Source of the DNA: Bacteroidales bacterium
Lineage (GTDB): Bacteria > Bacteroidota > Bacteroidia > Bacteroidales > SZUA-534
Assembly: GCA_046704385.1 (NCBI GenBank)
Contig: JBJKSB010000021.1
Coordinates: forward strand, 17,269 to 81,268
Reading direction: 5' to 3'
DNA: 64,000 nt
A program made the position numbers and the translations under genes. This document shows, piece after piece, positions 39,638-49,965 of the stretch. A model generated the notes under the pieces. It was not told the origin of the DNA. It made no database searches and worked only from the letters and a program-made list of their open reading frames with translations. The number at the start of each line of letters is the position of its first letter. Position 1 is the first letter of the stretch.

Positions 39638-39681
39638 ATACCAATCGGTATTATACCGATTGGTATAATACCCAAAGGTAT
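39638..39681. promoter_or_regulatory. three phased ATACC-N4-GGTAT palindromes
   Basis: ATACCAATCGGTAT (39638-39651), ATACCGATTGGTAT (39653-39666) and ATACCCAAAGGTAT (39668-39681), at 15-bp spacing. The first two together make a perfect 31-bp palindrome (39637-39667). The first site begins 19 bp upstream of the ATPase start codon. Confidence 0.6.
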
Positions 39682-39795
39682 AAACATATTTTGTAAACCG
39701 TTTTCATATTTTGATTTTTTTTTACAAAACAGCTTATTCCATTTACATTTCCGACAGTAATTCTTATTTTTACCCGGAATTCAGAAAAATCAGAT

Positions 39796-41064
39796 ATGAA
39801 TGTATTAATTCTTGGTTCAGGCGGAAGGGAACATACACTGGCCTGGAAAATTGCACAAAGCCCGAAGTTGAACAAGCTATATATTGCTCCCGGAAATGCG
39901 GGAACATTTGAGGTGGGAGAGAATCTGGACGTATCAGCAACTGATTTTCCAACGCTAAAAAGAAAAGTATTGGAATTAGATATCAACCTTGTGGTTGTAG
40001 GCCCCGAAGATCCGTTGGTAAAAGGTGTTCGTGATTTTTTTGAATACGATCCGGAGGTAAATCATGTTCCTGTAATCGGGCCTGATAAGGTTGGTGCTCA
40101 ACTGGAAGGAAGCAAGGAATTTGCCAAAGAATTCATGGCTAAATACAATATTCCTACTGCTGCTTATGGAAGTTTTACACTTGATACTTATAATGAAGCC
40201 TGCAAATTTCTCGATACCCTTAAATCTCCTTATGTATTGAAAGCTGATGGCCTGGCAGCCGGTAAAGGAGTGTTAATTATTAAAGATTTAAACGAAGCCA
40301 AAAATGCGTTAAAAACCATGCTCGAAGGTCAGTTTGGTGACGCTTCGGCCAAAGTGGTGATCGAAGAATTTTTGGATGGAATTGAAGTTTCGTATTTTGT
40401 GCTGACTGATGGTGATAATTATAAATTGTTACCCGAAGCCAAGGATTATAAACGAATTGGTGAAGGCGATACCGGGTTAAACACCGGTGGTATGGGTGCC
40501 GTTTCGCCAGTTCCTTTTGCTACAAAGGAGTTTACCCAAAAAGTTATCGACCGAATTGTAGAACCAACTATCAAAGGATTAAAAGCAGAAGGTATTAACT
40601 ACCAGGGTTTTATTTTCCTGGGTTTAATAAAAGTTAACAATGAACCTTTGGTAATTGAATACAACGTTAGGATGGGTGATCCGGAAACAGAGGTGGTTAT
40701 CCCACGAATTGAGTCTGATTTTTTGGAATTGCTGGCTGCTATTCCTGATAAAAAACTGAATGAAAAATCGTTTGTAGTTAAAAATGATTTGGCCACTACG
40801 GTTATGCTGGTTTCGGGTGGTTACCCTGAAGCCTATGAAAAGGGAAAAGTTATATCAGGTATTGATACGGTTAAAGACAGTATTGTTTTTCATGCGGGAA
40901 CCACTTTAAAAAACGATGCAGTGGTTACCAATGGAGGTCGGGTTATAGCCGTTACTTCATATGGCTCAACTAAAAGCGAAGCTTTAAAAAAGTCATTTGA
41001 TAATGCTGAAATTATTCAGTTTGAAAAAAAATATTTCCGAAAAGATATAGGATTCGATTTATAA
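39796..41064 (+). CDS. purD: phosphoribosylamine-glycine ligase
   Basis: 422 aa. 'MNVLILGSGGREHTLAWK', 'LKADGLAAGKGV' and 'EYNVRMGDPE'. Confidence 0.95.
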   Translation: MNVLILGSGGREHTLAWKIAQSPKLNKLYIAPGNAGTFEVGENLDVSATDFPTLKRKVLELDINLVVVGPEDPLVKGVRDFFEYDPEVNHVPVIGPDKVGAQLEGSKEFAKEFMAKYNIPTAAYGSFTLDTYNEACKFLDTLKSPYVLKADGLAAGKGVLIIKDLNEAKNALKTMLEGQFGDASAKVVIEEFLDGIEVSYFVLTDGDNYKLLPEAKDYKRIGEGDTGLNTGGMGAVSPVPFATKEFTQKVIDRIVEPTIKGLKAEGINYQGFIFLGLIKVNNEPLVIEYNVRMGDPETEVVIPRIESDFLELLAAIPDKKLNEKSFVVKNDLATTVMLVSGGYPEAYEKGKVISGIDTVKDSIVFHAGTTLKNDAVVTNGGRVIAVTSYGSTKSEALKKSFDNAEIIQFEKKYFRKDIGFDL

Positions 41065-41073
41065 TAAACCGAT

Positions 41074-42060
41074 ATGCTACTCAAATTATTTAAAAGCAAT
41101 CATCCCTATGTAATTTTCCTGATACCTTTATTGGGACTAACATTGTGGATTCCGTCACTTTTTGATGTTTCTGTTAATATACATCCGGTTTGTATTGAAA
41201 ATACAACCTTTGTGTACAACTGGCTTATGAAATATATTTCTTACTACCCGGTTGTACCTAAAATTATTGCACTGATTCTGCTTATTATAGAATCTTTTAT
41301 TTTAATCAGGCTGAATTTCAAGTTTATTTTTATCGAAATTAAAACGTATTTGCCTTCTGTACTTTTTATAATATTCTCTTCACTATTTTCTTCATACCAG
41401 ATACTTCACCCTTTGTTGATTGCAAACCTGTTTATTTTGTTTGCCATGGATAGGGCTTTTTTAATTGATAAAAGCAGAAACCACTTTAAACGTTATTACG
41501 AAAGTGGCTTTTTGTTGGGATTGGGTTCATTGTTCTATCCTAATATTTATGTTTTTATTTTTCCTGTTTGGTTAACATTAGTGATATTACGAAACTTTAA
41601 CTGGCGCGAATGGTTTTCATCAGTAATGGGAATTGTAACTCCGTTTGTTTTTTATCTTTCAATACTGTTTTTAACTGACAGGTTTGACGGAGCTATCCTT
41701 CGATTATTAAAAATTCTGACAATACATATCAGAGTCTATCCTTTTTCGAACATTTCATTGATTGCTATTGGGTTAATTTTGTTCGTGATCTTTATTGCCA
41801 CAGTTTTTACTGCCCAGATAGTTGGGGTAAAGAAAATAAGTACACGTAAATATTTCACCCTGTTTTTTTGGTTTATGGCCTTTATATTGTTGTTATTTTT
41901 TGTGCATCCATCAATGGGCTATGAGTTAATTGTACCTTTGGCCATACCTTTATCAATTATCTGTTCAATTTATTATACCGAAATCAGAAGCAAATGGCTG
42001 GGCGAAGTAATATTTACCCTAAATTTATTGGCAGCATTCGTAATTATCTGGTTTCAGTAA
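41074..42060 (+). CDS. polytopic membrane protein of unknown function
   Basis: 328 aa, about 9 hydrophobic helices, 9 nt downstream of purD. Confidence 0.65.
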   Translation: MLLKLFKSNHPYVIFLIPLLGLTLWIPSLFDVSVNIHPVCIENTTFVYNWLMKYISYYPVVPKIIALILLIIESFILIRLNFKFIFIEIKTYLPSVLFIIFSSLFSSYQILHPLLIANLFILFAMDRAFLIDKSRNHFKRYYESGFLLGLGSLFYPNIYVFIFPVWLTLVILRNFNWREWFSSVMGIVTPFVFYLSILFLTDRFDGAILRLLKILTIHIRVYPFSNISLIAIGLILFVIFIATVFTAQIVGVKKISTRKYFTLFFWFMAFILLLFFVHPSMGYELIVPLAIPLSIICSIYYTEIRSKWLGEVIFTLNLLAAFVIIWFQ

Positions 42061-42107
42061 ACCAATCAACCGGTTGATACGTTACAAGGAACAAAAAAGG
42101 ATAACGC

Positions 42108-45100
42108 ATGAATAAGGACTCTTCAGGAGAATTTGAAAAGTATAATTTCAGTTTCTTTTTTGATGAATCAATTGTTCCACAAGGAGTTATCGGAGCAGTT
42201 ATATTGCCTGATAAATCCATTGGTTTTAATCTGATTCAATCAAATAAGGCGTTTAAGTCTGTCTCTCAGCTTACCGATGATCCACGAGATTTATCTGCGA
42301 GGGAAGCTTTTGAATTTCTTGAAGGTTTTAGTTGCCAACCTCTTTTGCAATATTATAAATCGGAGAATTCCCATGAGGTACAGTTCATTTATAGTGCGGG
42401 TGAGATAGTTTATAAGCTGAGTTTTAAAAAGGCAGGAGATAAAATAATTCTGTTTGTTCTGCAAAATATTACCGATTTACAGGAAGCCCGGTCGGAATTA
42501 AACGAGAAAAAGAGGCAGTTAAAAGAATCGCAGGAAATTGCGCATTTGGGGTATTGGATTGAGAACCATGCATCACATAAACATTTTTGGTCCGATCAGA
42601 TTTATAAAATCCTTAATGAGTTGCCGGAAAATATTAAGCCATCGTTTAGCAATTATCTGAACTTTGTTTATGACGATGATCAAAAAAGAGTTAAAGAAGC
42701 TTTTAATGCAGCTATTAACAATAAAACCGGCTATGATATAACACACAGACTACGATTAAAAAACGGTACTATAAAATATATAAGCCAACGGTGCTATACC
42801 AATTATGATTTCAATGATAATCCTGTTCAATCGGTTGGAATTATCCAGGATATAACCAGTTCTGAAATATTAAAGGAAGAACTTAAAAAAAATGAAGCAA
42901 TTTTCAGGTCGGTATTTGAATTTGCACCTATTGCCATTATACTGGTGAGCCGTGAATTTAAACCGGTATTTTGCAACAGCCAGTTTTGCGAATTAGTTGG
43001 TTATAGTATGGTGGATATTTTTAATCAGGACCTTAAAAGTGTTACTTACCCTGACGATTACGAAAATAACAGGCATCAGTATAATCGATTATTTAAAGGT
43101 GAAATAAAATCATTTTCCATTTCAAAAAGGTATCAGCATAAAGATGGGACATTACTATGGGCCAAAGTTATTGTATCAGCTTTAAAGAATGATGCCGGTA
43201 TTCCGGAAATGGCTATTGCTATGGCCCAGGATATTACAGCTGAAAAAAAAGCTACCGAAGCACTGATTAAAAGCGAATACCGGTATCGTACCCTAATAGA
43301 TAATGCAAATGATGGTATAGGTCTTTTTGATTACAATTTTGATCCAATAATTTATAACTCAGCTTTGCACGAAATGTTGGGTTATACCCGTGAAGAATAT
43401 CTGAAGTTAGATCATAATAATTTGGAATTGTTTCATCCTGATGATATACCCAATGTGCAGATTGCAATAGCCAAGTTAAGAAATAACGAGCGGGCAAGGA
43501 TTGATAACCGTTTGCGAAATAAAGACGGTTCGTTTAGTTATTTTTCGATAAGCTATATTCCTGTTACACATGAAGAGAAGCCGGCAATTTTAATTTTCAG
43601 ACGTGATATTACCCAACAGAAAAAGGCTGAATTGCAAAATGAAGAATATCGGTTGTTCCTGGAAACCATTATGGATAACCTGCCGGTTTCCCTATTTGCT
43701 AAAACAACACCCGATTTCAGGTATTTATACTGGAACAATACCATGGAAAGGACTACCGGTATTTCAGCTGATATTGCCATTGGTAAAACGGATTTTGAAC
43801 TGTACCCTTTAAAACAGTTGGCTCAACAATATTTTGATGAAGATGAAAAACTATTGAAATTCAGGAATAAGCTGGAAAGTGAGTATGAATTTATCAATTC
43901 ATTAGGGGAGCCTAAGCAGTTCAGAACCATAAAAACGCTGCATTTATCGGATATTGGTAATCCTATTATTTTGGGTATTTCCATGGATATTACAAAATTG
44001 AAAGAAGCAGAAAAACAGGTTCAGCAATCGACCCAAATGTTAAAAGAAGCTCAAAAGATTGCCAGCCTTGGATACTGGGAATATGATGTTAAAAAGGATC
44101 TGTTTTTTGATAACCTGGAAAACCGGCAAATACTCGGTATTGAAAAATTGCCTTATTTTATAAACCGGCAGCAATTTTTAGAACTTTTACATGATACTGA
44201 TCAGGAACTGCTGCAACAGGCATTTGACAAGTGTATTGCAGACAAAACTCCGGGCGAGGAGATTATCAGGCTTCATGCTCTTAAAGAATCAAAATATGTT
44301 TCAATAAAATACCGGGCTGTTGAAGATCACCAGGGTAATGTTGAAAAACTCAGAGGTACCTGTCTCGACATATCAAAAATCAGAAAATCGGAATTGGCCC
44401 TTCGTGAAAGCGAAAAGCGGTTAAAAACAGCTGAACATATTGCTAAAGTTGGATATTACGATTACGATTACTCCACCGGTGAGACCAATTTTTCAGACGA
44501 AATATGGAAGGTTTTGGAACTTACTCCTCATTCAATTAAAATCGGATTCTCAGAATTAGTTAATAGGGTTTTTGAAGAAGATAAACTAAAAGTGTTATCG
44601 CAATTTGATGAAGCAAAAAACCGTGCACAGGCCTTCGAAATTGAATTTAGAATTGTCACACACCTCAATAGTACAAAATATATAAGAGTTATTGGTACGT
44701 TTGTAAATAATATTGATGGTAATCTTACAAGGTCAATAGGTACTTTTCAGGATGTTACCGATTTTATCCAGAATGAAACCATCTTAAAAAAAGTTGCTGA
44801 TCAGCTTTCAGAAATTCAAAATATCGCCAAAATAGGATTTATTGAATATCAAAGAAATGAGAAAACCATAAAAATTTCTGACACATTATATGATATTCTT
44901 GAACTTAATAAAGAGAGTAAGCTGTTATTCCTGGAAGATTACGACAAACTGATTCATCCCGACGACCGTGAAACCATCATTAAAACTATAAAAAAGGCGA
45001 TAAATCAAAATTATCCATATAATATCAGGTATCGGCTGAAGCTTACCAGCGGGAAGGTAAGATTTGTTAATGAGATATATTCGGTGAAAACGAATAAACC

Positions 45101-45881
45101 TGAACATATTACCCGTATAATTCAGGATATTACTTCGCATAAGGAACAGGAATTTACTTTAAATAAAATTTCAGAAGTTCAAAAGTCCACATTAGTTGGA
45201 ACCTACGAATATAATATTGATTCCCGGACTTATTATTTTGATAAAATGCTTCTGAACCTGCTGAATTTGCCCGAATCGTCAGCGGTTCTTACTGCAGATG
45301 ATTTTTATAGCTTAATTCATATCGATGACCGATACTCAGTAAGTAAGCTGGTTGATGAATCGGTTAAAGTCAGGGAGAATTTTACACTGACGTATCGTTT
45401 GGCTACCACTACGGGTAAAGTTGTTTTCATTCAGAATTTCAGTAATTTTTTCACCAATGTGAAAGGTGAAAACATAATGTATGGAATGATCAGAGATATT
45501 ACGGACTATCGTATCATGTTTATTGAATTAGAGGAACGGAAATTACTTTTTGAAAACATTGCCGAAAACTCATTGATTGGTATTGTAATTTACGATACTA
45601 CTAAGAGAATTTATGCTAATAAAAAATGGGCTGAACTTATTGGTGTTAATGCCGAAAATTTGAATAAAGAATTAAGAATCAGGCAGATTTATTACCCGGA
45701 AACCATCAAACTAATTTTTAGTTTATTTAGAAACTGGAAGAATTTTGGTTTAAAGGAGTACTCCAACAAGCTGACATTTAAGCCTTTGAATGCTCCTGAA
45801 TTTACCGCTGAAATTAATATCAAGGAAATTATGATACAGGGTAATGCGGTGTTTTTAATTGTGGCACTTCCCTGTAATTAG
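42108..45881 (+). CDS. PAS-only multidomain protein (no recognisable output domain)
   Basis: 1257 aa. Five modules open with A-x-x-G-(Y/F/T)-(W/Y/I)-(I/E/D)-(E/Y): 'IAHLGYWIEN', 'IASLGYWEYD', 'IAKVGYYDYD', 'IAKIGFIEYQ', 'STLVGTYEYN'. At least four classical PAS starts are also present ('FRSVFEFAPIAIILV', 'YRTLIDNANDGIGLF', 'LFLETIMDNLPVSLF', 'LLFENIAENSLIGIVIY'). No H-box, GGDEF/EAL or HTH seen. Confidence 0.8.
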   Translation: MNKDSSGEFEKYNFSFFFDESIVPQGVIGAVILPDKSIGFNLIQSNKAFKSVSQLTDDPRDLSAREAFEFLEGFSCQPLLQYYKSENSHEVQFIYSAGEIVYKLSFKKAGDKIILFVLQNITDLQEARSELNEKKRQLKESQEIAHLGYWIENHASHKHFWSDQIYKILNELPENIKPSFSNYLNFVYDDDQKRVKEAFNAAINNKTGYDITHRLRLKNGTIKYISQRCYTNYDFNDNPVQSVGIIQDITSSEILKEELKKNEAIFRSVFEFAPIAIILVSREFKPVFCNSQFCELVGYSMVDIFNQDLKSVTYPDDYENNRHQYNRLFKGEIKSFSISKRYQHKDGTLLWAKVIVSALKNDAGIPEMAIAMAQDITAEKKATEALIKSEYRYRTLIDNANDGIGLFDYNFDPIIYNSALHEMLGYTREEYLKLDHNNLELFHPDDIPNVQIAIAKLRNNERARIDNRLRNKDGSFSYFSISYIPVTHEEKPAILIFRRDITQQKKAELQNEEYRLFLETIMDNLPVSLFAKTTPDFRYLYWNNTMERTTGISADIAIGKTDFELYPLKQLAQQYFDEDEKLLKFRNKLESEYEFINSLGEPKQFRTIKTLHLSDIGNPIILGISMDITKLKEAEKQVQQSTQMLKEAQKIASLGYWEYDVKKDLFFDNLENRQILGIEKLPYFINRQQFLELLHDTDQELLQQAFDKCIADKTPGEEIIRLHALKESKYVSIKYRAVEDHQGNVEKLRGTCLDISKIRKSELALRESEKRLKTAEHIAKVGYYDYDYSTGETNFSDEIWKVLELTPHSIKIGFSELVNRVFEEDKLKVLSQFDEAKNRAQAFEIEFRIVTHLNSTKYIRVIGTFVNNIDGNLTRSIGTFQDVTDFIQNETILKKVADQLSEIQNIAKIGFIEYQRNEKTIKISDTLYDILELNKESKLLFLEDYDKLIHPDDRETIIKTIKKAINQNYPYNIRYRLKLTSGKVRFVNEIYSVKTNKPEHITRIIQDITSHKEQEFTLNKISEVQKSTLVGTYEYNIDSRTYYFDKMLLNLLNLPESSAVLTADDFYSLIHIDDRYSVSKLVDESVKVRENFTLTYRLATTTGKVVFIQNFSNFFTNVKGENIMYGMIRDITDYRIMFIELEERKLLFENIAENSLIGIVIYDTTKRIYANKKWAELIGVNAENLNKELRIRQIYYPETIKLIFSLFRNWKNFGLKEYSNKLTFKPLNAPEFTAEINIKEIMIQGNAVFLIVALPCN

Positions 45882-45887
45882 CTTAAA

Positions 45888-46871
45888 TTATTCCACCATA
45901 AGATTACATCCCCGTATATCACTGTGGTCGAACCTTCCAAGTATGGTAAATGAATCGGGCGACATAACTTTTCCAATATCTTTGGTTTCAATAAAACAGC
46001 ATGAATTAATGTTTGCCAGGTCAATTACATTTATTCCGCCACCACGATTGGCATCCAGGTACGAAAAAGGGTCGTAGGTATCTCTAATCAGGATTTTCAT
46101 CCATGGGGGAGTATTAAAAATACCCTTACCTTTTGAATAGGCTTGTGAAAGTAATTCGGTCATTCCATATTCCGAATGAATGGTATTAACACCTAATTTT
46201 TCACAAAGTATTTGATGTAATTCTTCTCGTATTAGCTCCTTTCTGCGGCCTTTCATACCACCGGTTTCCATAATAATCAGCTTTTTACCATGGAAACTGT
46301 ATAATTCAGCCACATCAAGCAAGGCATAAGTTACCCCAATCAACAGGATTTTTCGGTTTTCTGTACTAAGTTTTTGAATTTTATGGATAAGGTCGTCATA
46401 ATTGTTCAGGTAAAAGCCGCTGTCAGTATGTTTACTTAATTTAATCAGTTTTTCGGCCATATATACCAGTGATGAACCGCCTCGTTCCAGGTAGGAAGGC
46501 AGCAAAGCCAATACCACATAATTTTCGATATTGCCATAAAATAGCTTAAATGTTTCTGTAAAGCTTTTTTCGTACAAATCAGGGTCAGCTACAAAATGTT
46601 TGCTGGTTATCTGTCCTGTAGTGCCACTGCTTGAAAAAACAGTGTTTACCTGACGGCTTTTATCAAAAATTTCATGTGTTTTAAAAAACTCAATGGGTAA
46701 AAAGGGAATATTGGTATAGTGTTCAACCTTTCCTGGAATCTTGTTTATGCTTTCGCAGTAGGTTCTGTAATCATTAATATAATTAAACTGAAAATGGAAT
46801 GCTTCCAACGCCAGTAAATTAAATTCGTTTGTTGTTTTTATTGCCGAAATTTTGTCCCACCAGTCTCTCAT
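45888..46871 (-). CDS. LuxE-like acyl-protein synthetase / adenylating enzyme
   Basis: 327 aa. 'FSSSGTTGQITSKHFV' and 'METGGMKGRR', with an N-terminus typical of the Bacteroidota LuxE-like family. Confidence 0.65.
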   Translation of the reverse strand: MRDWWDKISAIKTTNEFNLLALEAFHFQFNYINDYRTYCESINKIPGKVEHYTNIPFLPIEFFKTHEIFDKSRQVNTVFSSSGTTGQITSKHFVADPDLYEKSFTETFKLFYGNIENYVVLALLPSYLERGGSSLVYMAEKLIKLSKHTDSGFYLNNYDDLIHKIQKLSTENRKILLIGVTYALLDVAELYSFHGKKLIIMETGGMKGRRKELIREELHQILCEKLGVNTIHSEYGMTELLSQAYSKGKGIFNTPPWMKILIRDTYDPFSYLDANRGGGINVIDLANINSCCFIETKDIGKVMSPDSFTILGRFDHSDIRGCNLMVE

Positions 46872-46883
46872 TCCTGTAATATT

Positions 46884-46912
46884 AAAAAACCGGGCAAAGA
46901 TACCCGGTTTTT
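46884..46912 (-). terminator. intrinsic terminator after the aminopeptidase gene
   Basis: Minus strand AAAAACCGGGTATCTTTGCCCGGTTTTTT. Confidence 0.7.
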
Positions 46913-46935
46913 GATAAAAAATTAATTATATGATA

Positions 46936-48147
46936 TTAATTCAAACTTAGTTTTTTCTTTAAATCGTCAGGTACCGCATTTTTATTAACAAGAATTGCAA
47001 TGGTTTTTAACCGGACATATGATTCACTCAGATAAATTTTTCCTCCTAAGTTGTTGCTGTTTTTTCCCCATGAGTTTTTGGTATAATAGTATACAGTTCC
47101 ATTCTGGTCAGTAGCTACACCTATCATGTGCATCAGATGGTCATCAGTAGTTTTGAAATTGTCGAATGATTTTTGGCGTAAGGCCTGGTTAATTTGCATC
47201 TCTTTACGGGGTTTACTAAAATCATATAACAGAACCATTTTATCTTCATCGCTTAGCGATTCCATTTCCAATTTTTCGCTTTCATCCATCTTATTTATAT
47301 CCGTTTCGGGGATTATGGCCACTCCATGATGATGAGAAAAACCGGCTTCACTGTCATCACCATCCCAATCAACCGAATATCCATTTTCAAAGGCATTATT
47401 AATTATTCTCATTAAATCATTAATAGGAACGTTATAATATTCGCCATCGGACCAGTTATCGGGTACTTCAAGATTCACCTTTTGATAAAAAGGATAAATA
47501 CTGTAGGATGTAAATTCAATATAATCATCGGCATTAATCCCCATTTCTGATGCAAAAGAAAGCGGTGTGTATTCCTTGCCCTTATAAGTAAAATTTTCAG
47601 GTACTTTGCCTAAATAAATATCCAGTGTAGCATTTATAACATCCAGGTATTTTCCTGTAAAGTTGTTTTTATTTTTCAGGGCATTTTCAAGTATACCGTT
47701 CAAAATATCAAATAACTCACCATGCCGATGTTCCTTTGATCCATAATTTAGCCCGGCGTAAACCTCATCGGGAACCATACCATATTTTTTTACGACATTC
47801 ATAACATCGTGGGCCTGCCCACCTTCACCAAAGTTGGCCAATCCCTGGTAACGTACATATTTTTCAGCTTTACGCGGATAAGTGTATCTTACAAAAAACA
47901 TTTCTGAAATATCCTGCTCGCCTTTTCCCAACCTTAATAATTCTGATTCAATAAAAGATGTAGTGGCAAAGCTCCAGCAAGTTCCGGTATTAGCCTGATC
48001 TTTAACCGGGGTTGAGGGAATTTCAGTTTTTTTAGTGAACTGGTATCCTTCATCTTTTTTGCTCTTTTTATTTTGACCTTCTACTGTTAATATCTGTAGA
48101 AAAATCAGTGAATAGATAAGAGCAGATAAGTAAATGCTTCGTTTCAT
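46936..48147 (-). CDS. C1-family cysteine aminopeptidase (PepC/bleomycin hydrolase-like)
   Basis: 403 aa with a signal-like N-terminus. Catalytic Cys context 'QANTGTCWSFATTSF', and His in 'DHLMHMIG'. Confidence 0.85.
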   Translation of the reverse strand: MKRSIYLSALIYSLIFLQILTVEGQNKKSKKDEGYQFTKKTEIPSTPVKDQANTGTCWSFATTSFIESELLRLGKGEQDISEMFFVRYTYPRKAEKYVRYQGLANFGEGGQAHDVMNVVKKYGMVPDEVYAGLNYGSKEHRHGELFDILNGILENALKNKNNFTGKYLDVINATLDIYLGKVPENFTYKGKEYTPLSFASEMGINADDYIEFTSYSIYPFYQKVNLEVPDNWSDGEYYNVPINDLMRIINNAFENGYSVDWDGDDSEAGFSHHHGVAIIPETDINKMDESEKLEMESLSDEDKMVLLYDFSKPRKEMQINQALRQKSFDNFKTTDDHLMHMIGVATDQNGTVYYYTKNSWGKNSNNLGGKIYLSESYVRLKTIAILVNKNAVPDDLKKKLSLN

Positions 48148-48271
48148 AATTTTTTGTTTAGTTCTACCGATAGTTTAGCGATCCTGTTATTTAATTAAGC
48201 TAATCTAATATCAAACTAATTTAAAAAAATCTGGCCGATTTAAATAGAAAGAAGAAGGAAAACCTAATATA

Positions 48272-48754
48272 TTAATTAGCTTTATAGTTTCCTACAAACG
48301 AAACAATAGCCGCGGCACAACCTGGCTTAGCGTCTGCAAATGAAATAGAAAGATAATAAACCTGGGTTTTAGAGCAGAAAAAGTCAAAACAACTCACTGT
48401 GGTACCATCATCCGGATCGTAGTTACTCCCGTAAGGTCTGGTAAAATCGAATAATTTTAAAATTACCTGGTCGCCACAATCTTTATCGGCTTTAATATTA
48501 AAACGATAGTGGGTGCCTTTGTTTAATAAAATGGAGAATTCCTGCGTTGGCGGTTTTTTAGGATTTTTTCCTTCCTCAAGTCTTACCCTGAAATCTTTTA
48601 AATAAGTTGCATTTCCAATCTCTTTTAGCGCAACATCTTTAAGTGCAAGTCCGCATTGAGCTTTTATTTGTTGAGTACCTGAAATGAACAAAATAAATCC
48701 TACAAATAGAAATACCCTAAATATTAATAAGTTATCCTTTTTCGCGAGTGTCAT
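48272..48754 (-). CDS. hypothetical secreted protein
   Basis: 160 aa with a hydrophobic N-terminus and several Cys residues. No recognisable motif. Confidence 0.55.
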   Translation of the reverse strand: MTLAKKDNLLIFRVFLFVGFILFISGTQQIKAQCGLALKDVALKEIGNATYLKDFRVRLEEGKNPKKPPTQEFSILLNKGTHYRFNIKADKDCGDQVILKLFDFTRPYGSNYDPDDGTTVSCFDFFCSKTQVYYLSISFADAKPGCAAAIVSFVGNYKAN

Positions 48755-48818
48755 TTTATTATCCGATCATGCAAAGTTTCAGGAATGGAATTTAAAAATA
48801 AAGATTTATATACAAAAA

Positions 48819-49908
48819 TTATTCCTCACCAAACTGCATTAAATATGCCTTTAAAAAATCATCCAGGCCTCCATCCAATACTGCCTGGACATTTGATGTT
48901 TCGTAGCCGGTACGAACATCTTTAACCAATTTATAAGGATGTAAAACATAGCTCCTTATTTGTGAGCCCCATTCAATTTTTAATTTTTTTCCTTCAATTT
49001 TAGCCTGTTCTTCCTGCTTTTTTCGCAACTCAAGCTCAAATAATTGCGATTTTAATAAACGCATAGCATTTTCCTTATTTTTAAGTTGCGATCGCGTTTC
49101 AGTATTTTCAATTACAATTCCACTGGGAGCATGGTGCAGCCTCACGCCGGTTTCTACCTTGTTTACATTTTGTCCTCCTGCACCGCTGCTTCTGTAAGTG
49201 TCCCATGTAATATCTGCCGGATTAATATTTATTTCAATACTGTCATCGATGGCGGGTGAAACAAATACGGATGAAAAGGTAGTTTGTCTTTTACCCTGGG
49301 CATTGAATGGTGAGATTCGTACCAGTCGATGCACCCCATTTTCTCCCTTCAGATATCCATAGGCATAATCGCCTGAAAATTCCAGGGTAACCGTTTTAAC
49401 GCCGGCTTCATCACCAGCCTGGTAGCTTATTTCGCGAACTTTGTAATTATTTTTTTCAGCCCAACGGATATACATTCGCATCAGCATCTCAGTCCAATCC
49501 AGGCTTTCAGTTCCTCCTGCCCCCGAGTTAAGTTTTACAATAGCTCCTAATGAATCTTCTTCCTTACGGAGCATATTTTTCAATTCCAGATCTTCTATAC
49601 GTCTTAACGTTTCCCGGTATTGCATTTCAACTTCATGGTCCTGGGCTTCACCGTCTGCATTAAAATCAATAAGTATCTGCAAATCATCTTTGGCCTCTTT
49701 CACAGTATCAAATCCTGTGGTCCAGATTTTAATGTTGTTAATCTTTTGCAATTGATCTTCTGCCTTTTTAGGATCGTCCCAGAAGTCCGGAGCGTGAGTT
49801 TTTTGTTCCTCTTCGTCGAGTCTTATTCTTTTATTTTCAATGTCAAAGATGCCTCCTCAGCGCATCAATACGCTTTAAAAGCTCTTTATTCAAATCGGTA
49901 TTAAACAT
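48819..49908 (-). CDS. prfB: peptide chain release factor 2, with programmed +1 frameshift
   Basis: Frame 0 from the ATG at 49908 reads MFNTDLNKELLKRIDALRRHL, then CTT TGA C (49848-49842) preceded by AGGAGG. The +1 frame continues DIENKRIRLDEEEQKTHAPDFWDD into the tracked 310-aa ORF, which carries 'SGAGGQNVNKVETGVR' (GGQ) and 'SPF'. Confidence 0.95.
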
Positions 49909-49965
49909 AGTCGAAATTTAATGTTGAGATGCAAAAGTACTATTGAATTAGATGAAATTCAAATG

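Noticed and set aside
39651-39986. 111-aa minus-strand ORF, plus 39711-39911 and 39770-39952, across the purD promoter and start.
   Set aside because: They overlap the purD 5' end and the palindrome array, and their translations are low-complexity. They are considered spurious.
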